From Escherichia phage naam, in the sequence record MN850630.1: DNA of 64,000 bases, one strand, 5' to 3'. The notes below the pieces were generated by a model. The model was not told where the DNA came from. It did not search any database and saw nothing but the letters and a program-made list of their open reading frames with translations. This document shows positions 35,448-44,612 of the stretch, one piece after another. A program made the translations under genes and the position numbers. Each line of letters starts with the position of its first letter. Positions within the stretch are counted from its first letter, which is position 1.

Positions 35448-35664
35448 TCTCGTCCTCCACTATCTCTACATCCTCACCAAGGGCAAAGTTGTAGGTCCAC
35501 TGGCTGTCAAAGCAGTCCTGAGATGCACCAGCGGAAATAAGATCTGCACCTTTTATTTTTAAAAGGTCAGGATAATCTTCGTTAGGGATAGCGGTAAACA
35601 CTTTCCCCACTAAGGGCTCCTGACCAATATAGAAGCTTGAATCTAAAACTTTAACTTTCATCAA
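35437..35664 (-). CDS. small acidic protein (paralog family A)
   Basis: MKVKVLDSSFYIGQ...GKV. Confidence 0.55.
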   Translation of the reverse strand: MMKVKVLDSSFYIGQEPLVGKVFTAIPNEDYPDLLKIKGADLISAGASQDCFDSQWTYNFALGEDVEIVEDENEG

Positions 35665-35948
35665 CGGTCTCCCTCAGGCGGTTGTGGGACGTAAACACTG
35701 TTACGAATATCGTCAGCAGTGTAGTAATAAGTGGTTCCAACCCTATCTCGGGCTGCAATGTACTCTGCTATACCAATAAGTGCCATTGATTTGGTGGCGT
35801 ATCTTCCCCACTCGTTAGCTCCCCAGTAGAATTTAGACCAGTAGGGAATAATACCGAACAAATATACCTTTTGACGAACTTCCCAGTAAGTGCCTTTTCC
35901 GACAAGTTTAAACTCTACTTCACCACTGTTAATCTTTTTCATTATCAA
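35661..35948 (-). CDS. hypothetical protein
   Basis: 95 aa, W/Y-rich. Confidence 0.5.
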   Translation of the reverse strand: MIMKKINSGEVEFKLVGKGTYWEVRQKVYLFGIIPYWSKFYWGANEWGRYATKSMALIGIAEYIAARDRVGTTYYYTADDIRNSVYVPQPPEGDR

Positions 35949-36241
35949 TCTCCCTCTACCGTGGTCGGATTGTCAGTAAGAAATTGAGCATTGGCTGGAG
36001 GCACGCCTGACATTTTCCACACAACCATAAGTTTGTAACCAGGAACTCTATTAAGTGCAGATCGAGTAGAGTTTGTGCACGTATACTTTCGCTTTCCAAA
36101 CCCGTTCTCCATCATAATCCAGTACCCAGTATCTTTGTCACCAGGTATCGGTAGACCACCTTCATCAACCCACTGAATGGACCACGGCACGATGGCTACA
36201 GCTTTATATTTAAACTTTTTAAACCACTCAAAAAGTTTCAT
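35945..36241 (-). CDS. hypothetical protein
   Basis: 98 aa. Confidence 0.5.
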   Translation of the reverse strand: MKLFEWFKKFKYKAVAIVPWSIQWVDEGGLPIPGDKDTGYWIMMENGFGKRKYTCTNSTRSALNRVPGYKLMVVWKMSGVPPANAQFLTDNPTTVEGD

Positions 36242-36244
36242 AAT

Positions 36245-36334
36245 TCAGCCTCGCATAGACATAATCACTATAAACAGGCAAACAATGAATCCGAATGCCA
36301 CGCCACCCATAAACGTTAATATTGATGCAATCAT
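36245..36334 (-). CDS. small membrane peptide (29 aa)
   Basis: Hydrophobic; fills gap between adjacent genes. Confidence 0.35.
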   Translation of the reverse strand: MIASILTFMGGVAFGFIVCLFIVIMSMRG

Positions 36335-36336
36335 AG

Positions 36337-36522
36337 TCAATCAGCCTCGCTTGGCAACTCTTCTACCTTAACATGCCGAAAAGTGTTACCGTAATGGTTG
36401 ATCCATGACATCAGCTCGCTTTCTTGCTCTTCCTCTGGGATGAACTCTCGAATGCTGACAAGTTTTAAGAAAACCCAATCACAATCTGCACCCATTCTAC
36501 CAGACAGGCAATAGTGCTTCAT
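36337..36522 (-). CDS. hypothetical protein
   Basis: ATG at 36522 after GGCGGGGG, avoids overlap with upstream gene. Confidence 0.45.
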   Translation of the reverse strand: MKHYCLSGRMGADCDWVFLKLVSIREFIPEEEQESELMSWINHYGNTFRHVKVEELPSEAD

Positions 36523-36538
36523 AAAACCCCCGCCTGGT

Positions 36539-36733
36539 TTAGAATATTGCTTCTTCCATTGCACCTGAGAGCAACAAAGAGGTGATCTGGCTAACATTCA
36601 TCTCAGACTCTACTTCCTCCCCTTTGAAAGGTTCGCGGCAGAATAGGACTGTTTCAGGACTTTTACTTCGAACAATATAATACAAATCATTCAATGTGTT
36701 GTAGTAATAAGTGTTAAAACGTAAGTTTTTCAT
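36539..36733 (-). CDS. hypothetical protein
   Basis: 64 aa. Confidence 0.45.
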   Translation of the reverse strand: MKNLRFNTYYYNTLNDLYYIVRSKSPETVLFCREPFKGEEVESEMNVSQITSLLLSGAMEEAIF

Positions 36734-37017
36734 TTTCTAGTCCCCTTCTTAGATTTTTGTGTAGAAACGCTTTCTGCAATACGAGACAAACGTTCTTCTG
36801 AAGCCTTGCCTATTCCAGGTTTTTTGAGTGGGTTATCTTTATGACCACAATCCAATTGGATATTGGATACCTCTCCAACCTTGTAAGTCAATTCTAGCAA
36901 AAGGTTGTCGTCCTTGTCAAATGTTCTTACGATAAATTTTTTATCGTTCTCCTGAACTTCGTATCGGGTACCCGCAGTATACAGCATGGTGCCATCCGCA
37001 TAGGATATCCAGATCAT
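36730..37017 (-). CDS. hypothetical protein
   Basis: 95 aa, basic C-terminus. Confidence 0.5.
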   Translation of the reverse strand: MIWISYADGTMLYTAGTRYEVQENDKKFIVRTFDKDDNLLLELTYKVGEVSNIQLDCGHKDNPLKKPGIGKASEERLSRIAESVSTQKSKKGTRK

Positions 37018-37361
37018 TGAACCTCCTTCTGCTGCAACAGCATTAACTCTTTGTTGGAGATTTTTACTGCTGTTTTTATTGTTCCATCTTCACGAAACCA
37101 CGACCAGAACTCTACAGTGTCCCCACTGTCAAGCAAAGCATACCCGTGGTAGAAGTCTTTGTCCTTAGACAGTTTCTCATCTATGTCTGCATCGACACAT
37201 TCGTGATCCATAGCATTTTGCCTGAATGCATCGGTTATACCAATGCACGCCTTGCTCTCAAGACTGGTATATCCGATATCTTTTAATTCAGTTTCCCAAG
37301 TCCAGTACCCTATAAAAGCTAAAACAGCTACCCACATTAATAACGTTTTAATCTTTGGCAT
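37014..37361 (-). CDS. putative membrane/secreted protein
   Basis: N-terminal hydrophobic segment LLMWVAVLAFIGYWTW. Confidence 0.5.
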   Translation of the reverse strand: MPKIKTLLMWVAVLAFIGYWTWETELKDIGYTSLESKACIGITDAFRQNAMDHECVDADIDEKLSKDKDFYHGYALLDSGDTVEFWSWFREDGTIKTAVKISNKELMLLQQKEVQ

Positions 37362-37423
37362 TCTCTCTACCTCTTTCTTAGTTTATTTCACTATGGCACA
37401 TCCTTTGTGCCATATCTCAACCA

Positions 37424-37885
37424 CTACTTAAATAGTAGTCCAAAATAGTGCAAAATTAACAGAAGTTGAACTACACCTAGTGCAACGGCGAGTATGTTAA
37501 TCTTAGAATCGAAAAACTTCTTAACTTTTACTCTAAAAGGTTCCTTAATGTCCTTTACGATCCTATTTATAGATGATTTCATATCCCTGATTACCATCCT
37601 AAACATTAGAGACGGATCTTCCTTCTCTGTAATAGAATCGAAAACATACTCTCTTCGGTCATAAGGACCTCCAGATCTGCGTATTAACCTCTCCACAGAG
37701 ACCTCGTACGACACACCTGTAACGTAATCATCTATGATAAGTAGTGACGGGTCTTTATCGTCCAAGGGTATTAAAGTTATCTTTCCAGATTTTGTTAAAA
37801 TTTCTCCTTTTTCAAGCAAGGTGTACCAATGCTCTCTACCAAGATTGTTGAGGCACGTTTTTACATATTTAACAAACATCGTCAC
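37424..37885 (-). CDS. putative C-terminally membrane-anchored protein
   Basis: 153 aa; C-terminal hydrophobic helix ILAVALGVVQLLLILHYFGLLF. Confidence 0.5.
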   Translation of the reverse strand: MTMFVKYVKTCLNNLGREHWYTLLEKGEILTKSGKITLIPLDDKDPSLLIIDDYVTGVSYEVSVERLIRRSGGPYDRREYVFDSITEKEDPSLMFRMVIRDMKSSINRIVKDIKEPFRVKVKKFFDSKINILAVALGVVQLLLILHYFGLLFK

Positions 37886-38067
37886 CCCTCATCGCACGTC
37901 TGATATAACCACTCTATGAAATCTTGATACCATTCGCCCTCTGAGCGCTCCGTAGGCCAATAATCTTCACCCTCTCGTGCATTAAAATCTGAGTATTCAA
38001 CTTTCCACTCCTTTACCAGCTCGTGGAGAAGGTTTTCAGCCTGCTCTAAAGATTTATTTTTTGCCAT
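37882..38067 (-). CDS. hypothetical protein
   Basis: ATG 38067 after AAAAAGGAGA; track start 38085 is TTG. Confidence 0.45.
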   Translation of the reverse strand: MAKNKSLEQAENLLHELVKEWKVEYSDFNAREGEDYWPTERSEGEWYQDFIEWLYQTCDEG

Positions 38068-38150
38068 TGCTGTCTCCTTTTTCAAGATAGTTATACATCA
38101 GAACTGCACCACCTAAGATGGCTACCAGTAACAATATCCCAGATAGCATC

Positions 38151-38303
38151 TCAATAAACATGGCTTGAAACACTGGAAGGTCTCCCTAAATTAACGCACC
38201 ATTTTAAATACATGCTCTTTTCCCATAAAGGTGCCTGGCTAAGATCTGCGTAGAACGCAATCTCTTTAAGAACAGTATAGATAGTTTTAGGTGCGGTCTC
38301 CAT
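38151..38303 (-). CDS. small hypothetical protein (50 aa)
   Basis: ATG 38303 after AGGAAGGAGAG. Confidence 0.35.
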   Translation of the reverse strand: METAPKTIYTVLKEIAFYADLSQAPLWEKSMYLKWCVNLGRPSSVSSHVY

Positions 38304-38514
38304 CCCTACTCTCCTTCCTGATATTCTTGTAGTAATCAACTAGGCACATTATTACGATGAAGATAACAACAGGCCAAAAAGGTGCAGCAGTGATGATGGT
38401 GATAAAATCATCAAACTTCACCCTTCGTCTGGACACGATGCATACACCTGTCAAGAATACCGCTGTTATAACGGACATTACCAGGTAACCTATTAGCACA
38501 ACATTTATACTCAT
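38287..38514 (-). CDS. putative membrane protein
   Basis: 75 aa, two hydrophobic segments. Confidence 0.45.
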   Translation of the reverse strand: MSINVVLIGYLVMSVITAVFLTGVCIVSRRRVKFDDFITIITAAPFWPVVIFIVIMCLVDYYKNIRKESRDGDRT

Positions 38515-38544
38515 TGGTCCTCCCTTTGTAGGTTAAATTGTATA

Positions 38545-39078
38545 CTACAAATGGTCGCTGAGGGTGTCAAGAAAATTATCCCGTTCTTTCTCAGAGTTTT
38601 CATGTGTGTAGCTGAAAAACATATCGAGAATAACCTTATTGATATATTCCAGCTCCTCTGTGTTCAGATGCTTAGCAGGATCTACAATGACATCCCAAAT
38701 ATCATACAGACCACACTCATGATACCCATAACGCCACTCAATTGTCAAGCTGAGCGGCAAATCTTTACCTTCACAAACAACCTTCCATCTACATATGTTG
38801 GTATCTGGTCGTACCTGTGCACGGTACACCTGCACAAAATCCAATTTGAATTTGAGGTACTCGTCATACAATTTAAGCACAAAGCTCTCGATTTGTGGAG
38901 ACACTTTTGCAGCAAACTGTGCGTATTTGTACTTGCACTGGATGATCTTTCTGCGTTTTGCAGTTAAATTTTTTGCCGCCAGTTGTTCTTCAGTGTATCT
39001 CCACCTACGATCAACAAACGCAACAGGGTCTTTGTCCCCATAGAGGTCTTCCCAGTTAATCAGAAGCATACCTGTCAC
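38545..39078 (-). CDS. hypothetical protein
   Basis: 177 aa. Confidence 0.55.
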   Translation of the reverse strand: MTGMLLINWEDLYGDKDPVAFVDRRWRYTEEQLAAKNLTAKRRKIIQCKYKYAQFAAKVSPQIESFVLKLYDEYLKFKLDFVQVYRAQVRPDTNICRWKVVCEGKDLPLSLTIEWRYGYHECGLYDIWDVIVDPAKHLNTEELEYINKVILDMFFSYTHENSEKERDNFLDTLSDHL

Positions 39079-39308
39079 TCCTCCACAACTTCAAGGCCTT
39101 TACCGCCTCGCTCTGGCAGATTACTTAAAGATAGGTAATACATATAATCAGGAGAGATCCTGCCAGACTCTGCACCTGCAGCTAGTAAATCCTTCCCTTT
39201 AACCAGGACAACATTCTCGTTTGCAGATAGCCGTTTTGCTTCCACAATTTTACCGACACAGTCAACCAAGGAAGGGTACCCTAAATCTGTAAGAAATTTA
39301 ACTTTCAT
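39075..39308 (-). CDS. small protein (paralog family A)
   Basis: MKVKFLTDLGYPS...GKIV; KGKDLLAAGA resembles family A. Confidence 0.5.
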   Translation of the reverse strand: MKVKFLTDLGYPSLVDCVGKIVEAKRLSANENVVLVKGKDLLAAGAESGRISPDYMYYLSLSNLPERGGKGLEVVEE

Positions 39309-39345
39309 GCTACCTCCTACCTACCGTCCCTGGTAAGATAAATTA

Positions 39346-39744
39346 TTACTGAACAGAGCGCGGTGCTGGGAAGGATAACTCTTCTAAAGAGAAGATTTCA
39401 TTTCCTACCACCCAAGTTGCTGGGTCATCTGGATCAACAGGTTGGATAATCATTACCTCATCCGCCTCGCACACACGTTTCCCACCCATAGTAGCGTCAG
39501 CCACTAACATACGCGGCTCTTCAGAAATGCACAGGTAGCCACCTCGGCCCACTGTTCCTTCCACGGGATCCTGCCCTTTGACCACAATGAATACCTTCTC
39601 TCCTGTGGCGATATTACTTTTCACACTAACAGTTTGACCAACTTTAGATGTACCGATCTTGGTGGCTTCAAACATTAAATCCCGAATTACTGTTGCATAG
39701 TTGCCGGACACTTTCTTACCTTCTTTAGTAATCTCAATCTTCAT
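39346..39744 (-). CDS. hypothetical protein
   Basis: 132 aa. Confidence 0.5.
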   Translation of the reverse strand: MKIEITKEGKKVSGNYATVIRDLMFEATKIGTSKVGQTVSVKSNIATGEKVFIVVKGQDPVEGTVGRGGYLCISEEPRMLVADATMGGKRVCEADEVMIIQPVDPDDPATWVVGNEIFSLEELSFPAPRSVQ

Positions 39745-40013
39745 AATCTAGGCTCCTTAAATGAATCTATGTAATCAATTAAATCCCAAGCATCCCTATG
39801 ACCTGTCAGAGGGTATACTTCTCCAAGAGGGATCATAGCAATAAGTCTATCAAAAACCCAATCTGGACGCAACATTTTATGGTGATACTCCCACTCACCT
39901 TCTACAGACTTTTTCTGAGTGATCAGGATCTCTGTGTAGTGTTTCGCCTGTCTTGAGTAGATTGAGAATGACTTGTACATAAATGGCCCCCTCTTGTTGA
40001 AAACAAAATACAC
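39741..40013 (-). CDS. hypothetical protein
   Basis: 90 aa. Confidence 0.5.
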   Translation of the reverse strand: MYFVFNKRGPFMYKSFSIYSRQAKHYTEILITQKKSVEGEWEYHHKMLRPDWVFDRLIAMIPLGEVYPLTGHRDAWDLIDYIDSFKEPRL

Positions 40014-40015
40014 TA

Positions 40016-40303
40016 CTACCAGGTCACTGTCAAGTAGGCAACTGTGTTATTTTTCTCCGGAGAGATGCCAACAACATCCACCTGCAGACCTCCTGCCCTC
40101 AAATCCCCAACAATGTGTGGGAAGTAGTCTGAGAGGTGTGATGGGAGATTTATCGAAAATCCACATCCCAGAAAGCCTGCTAACGCTTTATTTTGTATCT
40201 CCCCAACAATCGCATCATAAATAGAGTTAAGCTCGTCAGGAAGCGTTACAGGACGTTTTAGCGCTAACTGGTGCAACTTGTCCTTAGCACTCATTTTCAT
40301 TTC
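40016..40303 (-). CDS. hypothetical protein
   Basis: Internal ATG chosen to limit overlap with MTase gene. Confidence 0.45.
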   Translation of the reverse strand, partial: EMKMSAKDKLHQLALKRPVTLPDELNSIYDAIVGEIQNKALAGFLGCGFSINLPSHLSDYFPHIVGDLRAGGLQVDVVGISPEKNNTVAYLTVTW

Positions 40304-40830
40304 AAGTCTGCCTCTGGTGGTGCCAACCACATAAATGGCGGCAAGTCTAGACGGTTTTTCTTGTCCCATACAAAATATGCATATGCCTGCCCATCCGTTC
40401 TACCATTAGATTGGAATGACGGACGCTTAGATATTGTGATCACAGTGGTAGGTGCATTATCAAGCCACCATTCAAATCTGGCCTTGCTTTCCAGAAAATT
40501 AAGACGCAAAAGCATAATAACTACGTCGGCATCTTTCAACGCCTTGTCCACAAACTCACGAGCCAGGCTGTACGGCGGGTTGGTGATAATACAGTCAACA
40601 TGGTTGTATTCTGTATTCAGATAGTCAACACCTTCTTGGATTTCTCCCCATGCAGATCCTAACGGCATACGGGAGTAGAACACACCTGAGGCACTATTCC
40701 TGCAAGGCTCTAAGTAGGTCCAGTCTTCTGGGAACGGAATAAGGTAATACAGCCCTTCTGCACACCACTCCGGTGTCACATACTCATCGTAGGCGTTACG
40801 TTGTTCATCAGGTTTTCTAGCACAAGTCAT
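40297..40830 (-). CDS. DNA N6-adenine methyltransferase-like (small amino-MTase)
   Basis: Motif ITNPPYS (NPPY catalytic motif), YVTPEW N-terminal motif. Confidence 0.6.
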   Translation of the reverse strand: MTCARKPDEQRNAYDEYVTPEWCAEGLYYLIPFPEDWTYLEPCRNSASGVFYSRMPLGSAWGEIQEGVDYLNTEYNHVDCIITNPPYSLAREFVDKALKDADVVIMLLRLNFLESKARFEWWLDNAPTTVITISKRPSFQSNGRTDGQAYAYFVWDKKNRLDLPPFMWLAPPEADLK

Positions 40831-40844
40831 GCAAATCTCCAGAT

Positions 40845-40868
40845 CATAAAAGCCCTCCGAAGAGGGCT
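40845..40868 (-). terminator. rho-independent terminator
   Basis: AGCCCTC-ttcg-GAGGGCT + TTTTAT on minus strand after ClpP-like gene. Confidence 0.55.
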
Positions 40869-40881
40869 TTAGAATTAATGT

Positions 40882-41931
40882 TTAAGCTTCTTCGACAATT
40901 CCTGCACCCAGGATTTTTTCATTGAGCTCTTTTGCTGTTTTAATAATATTGTCCACAAGACGCTTGCGAGTCTTATCTTTCACCTTAACCTCTTCACCGC
41001 CGTTCAGAGTAGTCTTCAATTGAGACAGAATATCCTGAAGTTCAACGACAGAGAATCTCTGCAGATCTTCTGAAGTAATCTCACCCAGGGCAATTCGGAC
41101 GGTCTCGCCACTTTCCATCTGCAGATTCAGGAACACAGTGTGAACATCACCTTTCGAACCACCCGCTTTTGCAGATTCAACAGCATGAACTAACTCATCT
41201 AAAGATGTGCACTGATGAATCTCCGGAAGACCTGCTTCACCTAACACGCCTTCTTCATCACCTTTTGCCAGAAGCTTTTTCGGTTTTTGTCCGTTCTGGA
41301 TGCGTTGTATGTTGCCTTCATCCAGAATAATAGCTCCAGTGCGTGCTGCCAACTCTTCTCCGTCCAACCACACTTCGCCACCAGCTGTGATGGATGCGAT
41401 CTCATCTTCTGTCAGCACCCCACCGTAGTATTTTTCGATCAGGTGTTCAAAACGTTTTTTCCAGTAGCTGACCTGAGTATTCATGTTAACACCGTTACCA
41501 TAAGTGCCACCTTGATAGTAGTGGAACATAAATTCTGTGTCCGGAGCCACAGTACGTTCTTTGCAACCAAGCCATAAGATTGTTCCAGCAGAGCAGCACA
41601 TCCCTTCAGCATGTGCAACAACGCTTGCCTGAGACTCGCGGAATGCCTGCAGATAGGCCATTGCAATGTGCACGCAACCACCAGGGCTATTGATGATCAC
41701 ACGAATGCTTTCTTCCGGCTGCGCCATACGGATCGTCTGCAGACGAGACATATGATCCTGCAGGTCCTCCAAATCGTCGATATAAAGAACGTGGTCAACA
41801 ACAGGTGTTGGGTAGCTGTATGTTTCCATGATACCGCCCGGCATACCAAACATTTTATTACTCATAGGTTCGAAACCGTTCTGTTTTTCTTTCATGCCGT
41901 GTACCATGGTGCTGCGAGGTGTTAAATTCAT
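40882..41931 (-). CDS. ClpP-family serine protease-like protein with C-terminal extension
   Basis: INSPGG, GMCCSAGT (Ser motif), FHYYQGG (His motif) as in ClpP; about 150-aa coiled-coil-like C-terminal region. Confidence 0.7.
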   Translation of the reverse strand: MNLTPRSTMVHGMKEKQNGFEPMSNKMFGMPGGIMETYSYPTPVVDHVLYIDDLEDLQDHMSRLQTIRMAQPEESIRVIINSPGGCVHIAMAYLQAFRESQASVVAHAEGMCCSAGTILWLGCKERTVAPDTEFMFHYYQGGTYGNGVNMNTQVSYWKKRFEHLIEKYYGGVLTEDEIASITAGGEVWLDGEELAARTGAIILDEGNIQRIQNGQKPKKLLAKGDEEGVLGEAGLPEIHQCTSLDELVHAVESAKAGGSKGDVHTVFLNLQMESGETVRIALGEITSEDLQRFSVVELQDILSQLKTTLNGGEEVKVKDKTRKRLVDNIIKTAKELNEKILGAGIVEEA

Positions 41932-41991
41932 GAGAAATCCTTAATATTGGAAGTTGAAAGCTATTTATTTAAACCTGATTCACATTTACCT

Positions 41992-42426
41992 TTATTTAGC
42001 AATCACTATGGAGTACTTACGATTGTCAGAAGCATCACAACTCAATGATTGCCAATCTACCACATACCACGTATCATTGTCAACAATTACTTTATCGCCT
42101 GTTCTGTAGCAAGTGCTGCTTTCAATAATTCGAGACTCGATAAAGAATCTGTGTCGGCGCTCACGTAGCAACGCTAAGTTGATTATATTACCACCGCTGT
42201 CCTTGGTCCACACATTCTTGGATCCTTTATTTGCCAAAATTGTCTCACCGTTATAGACAAATAGGCAGTATATTTTATTCAGTTTCTCTTGTATTGTAGC
42301 CATACTGTCCTTCTCTTTGTTTTGTCCGATAATAATATCTAAAGCTTGCCTATTTGTCAACAACTGTTTTAGATATTTAAGGGTGGAATAACCACCCTTC
42401 TGTATTACTCGGAAACAGGGGTCCAA
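41992..42426 (-). CDS. hypothetical protein
   Basis: 144 aa; start uncertain. Confidence 0.45.
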   Translation of the reverse strand: MDPCFRVIQKGGYSTLKYLKQLLTNRQALDIIIGQNKEKDSMATIQEKLNKIYCLFVYNGETILANKGSKNVWTKDSGGNIINLALLRERRHRFFIESRIIESSTCYRTGDKVIVDNDTWYVVDWQSLSCDASDNRKYSIVIAK

Positions 42427-43193
42427 ATATGATTTGCACGATCCTCAATAAGATTGAGTGCGATTTGACGACCCAACCCGGAACGAACGACATCGTCTGG
42501 ACTATCAAAGCTGATCATTCCAACCTCAGGATCTGGATGACGAGTAAAGAAATCCGTCACCCATGCAAGGCCAGATTTACCAGGGATGTCACGTTGGCTA
42601 TTATCACCCATAATTACAAGGGTGGCTTGATCAGAGATCCTTGTGATAATTGACAACATTTCTTCAGGGTTAGTTTGCTGTGCCTCGTCAATCAGGACAA
42701 AGCATCGCTCATCGAAACTACGACCACGAATGCTTTCAACTTCACAAATCTCGATACGACTGTTCTGACCGTCTCCCAGCATTGCGGCAAAAGCACCTTT
42801 GCCAACACGACGACAAATCGTGTCCATCATGCTTCGAAGATAGGGCCACAGTTTCTGCATTGCATTTCCTGGTTTAAATCCTGAAGTCTTTCCTGTCTGG
42901 ACGTAAGGACGTGCAACAATGATCTTATCAATCTCGTTCTTACGCAGAAGATCACCTGCATATGCAGATGCCATAAATGTCTTACCGGATCCAAACACAC
43001 CGTTTACAATAATAATCTTACGTGACCCTAGATAATCAAGATACTTTTGCTGCTTCTTATTCATTGGTCGGAGAGCTGGAGCGGTGTGCTCTCTTTCGTC
43101 AGCAAATTTCTCAGCAGCCTTACGCAGGCGATCAGATTTGCGAGCCTCTCTAGCTTCATCACGCATGCGTTTTGTTTCTTTAGCTCGACCCAT
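42405..43193 (-). CDS. phoH: PhoH-like ATPase
   Basis: Walker A GVFGSGKT; LIDEAQQ Walker B region; 262 aa. Confidence 0.8.
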   Translation of the reverse strand: MGRAKETKRMRDEAREARKSDRLRKAAEKFADEREHTAPALRPMNKKQQKYLDYLGSRKIIIVNGVFGSGKTFMASAYAGDLLRKNEIDKIIVARPYVQTGKTSGFKPGNAMQKLWPYLRSMMDTICRRVGKGAFAAMLGDGQNSRIEICEVESIRGRSFDERCFVLIDEAQQTNPEEMLSIITRISDQATLVIMGDNSQRDIPGKSGLAWVTDFFTRHPDPEVGMISFDSPDDVVRSGLGRQIALNLIEDRANHIWTPVSE

Positions 43194-43231
43194 GTTGGGA
43201 CTCCTTTCAGATTGAGATGTGCCAAGTACTT

Positions 43232-43582
43232 TTACTGCAACAGTTTTTCAATAGCCGCTTCCATGCTGCTTGCAACAGCCTGAACTCGGATATTCATCTC
43301 TTCTTGGTGGATCAGCTCCTTAAGCTCTTTAATGGTAAATTCTTTAGAGAAACCTTCCACCATAATCTTGTGCAAGGCTTCTTGCGTGTCTACTTGCAAG
43401 AACTTTTCCAGTTTGTTGGCAGAGGCTTCTAAATCAGCCCGAATACGAGGGTCATCTGTGCGATTCAGCATTAGGCGTAAGCCATCAAGATTAGTAGAAA
43501 TAGCATCTGCATGTTGAGTAACTAACCGTGGCAAAATGAGATCTACAAACTTATTAGCCAAATCGATACGTTCTTGTGTCAC
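43232..43582 (-). CDS. hypothetical protein
   Basis: 116 aa, GTG start. Confidence 0.5.
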   Translation of the reverse strand: MTQERIDLANKFVDLILPRLVTQHADAISTNLDGLRLMLNRTDDPRIRADLEASANKLEKFLQVDTQEALHKIMVEGFSKEFTIKELKELIHQEEMNIRVQAVASSMEAAIEKLLQ

Positions 43583-43692
43583 TGTTGCACCCCCTCTTCA
43601 TCTTCATGATGTTTCTTTTCACGCTTGTGTTTTTTCTTAAGCTCAAGCGCAATCTCTTTCTTGTACGCCTTCTTCAAGGCTTTTTTAGCCAT
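43579..43692 (-). CDS. small Lys-rich protein (37 aa)
   Basis: GGAGGTG RBS; stop overlaps next start. Confidence 0.35.
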   Translation of the reverse strand: MAKKALKKAYKKEIALELKKKHKREKKHHEDEEGVQQ

Positions 43693-43754
43693 TTGGCACC
43701 TCCTCTGCTTTCATTACGACAATTATAACCGACTTAACAAAGCTTTGTCAACGA

Positions 43755-44228
43755 TTAGTCAACCTGAACCCAACCATCTGCTACCTTTTTAAACATTCTT
43801 TGGTTATCACTGCCTCTAAAGGGTTTTTTGGTGGGGTTATCTTTTTCGTACTTACCGTCCATAATGTAATCAACACTATCTTTAATGTAATCGGGGACTT
43901 CTTCAAACAAATACCCTGTGTACACCCAGATAGTTTTTGTGTTGCCGAAGTGTTCACGGATAGCGCGAATGATCGAGTACATACCATCAATATTGTAAGG
44001 CGCTAAAGGTTCGCCACCGCATAATGTAACGCCAGTAATGTGTTTCGGCTCTATAGAGTGAAGTATACTCTCAATAGTGTCATTTGTTAACGGTTCCCCT
44101 TTAGCTGGTGACCAAACACTTTTGTTTTGGCAACCGACGCAGTGATGTGGGCAACCAGAACAGAACACCGTTGTCCTAATGCCTGGGCCGTCAACCATGC
44201 TACACTCTATAATATTAACAACATTCAT
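43755..44228 (-). CDS. nrdG: anaerobic ribonucleotide reductase activating protein (radical SAM)
   Basis: DGPGIRTTVFCSGCPHHCVGCQN cysteine motif; near nrdD. Confidence 0.85.
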   Translation of the reverse strand: MNVVNIIECSMVDGPGIRTTVFCSGCPHHCVGCQNKSVWSPAKGEPLTNDTIESILHSIEPKHITGVTLCGGEPLAPYNIDGMYSIIRAIREHFGNTKTIWVYTGYLFEEVPDYIKDSVDYIMDGKYEKDNPTKKPFRGSDNQRMFKKVADGWVQVD

Positions 44229-44461
44229 TCCTTATCCTCTTTTAGGTAAGGATATTCAGGCCCACAATAAGCTCTATCCAAGAAAACAGCTTCTTCCCCT
44301 CTGGAATCAGTAGATCTATAATACCCATCACCATGGTAACTAACGAACCAGTGGCACCCATCATCGCTTTCTACTGTTGTGGCTCTGTCCGAATGAAAGA
44401 TAATTTCGTAATCCTTACCGAATGTAAACCATCTGTTAGCTTTTACACAGACACCTATCAT
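44225..44461 (-). CDS. hypothetical protein
   Basis: 78 aa, ATGA overlap with nrdG. Confidence 0.5.
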   Translation of the reverse strand: MIGVCVKANRWFTFGKDYEIIFHSDRATTVESDDGCHWFVSYHGDGYYRSTDSRGEEAVFLDRAYCGPEYPYLKEDKE

Positions 44462-44612
44462 AAGGAACCTCTCTTCTGTGATGTGCTTCTATTCAAGATA
44501 AACCTATAAAAGTCCATTTGATGAAGCCGTATAACTTTTTATACTTACGCTTCAGTGCTAACAATTTTATCTTGATTTTCTTGATAGATTTCCGCATTTC
44601 GACCCCTTATGC

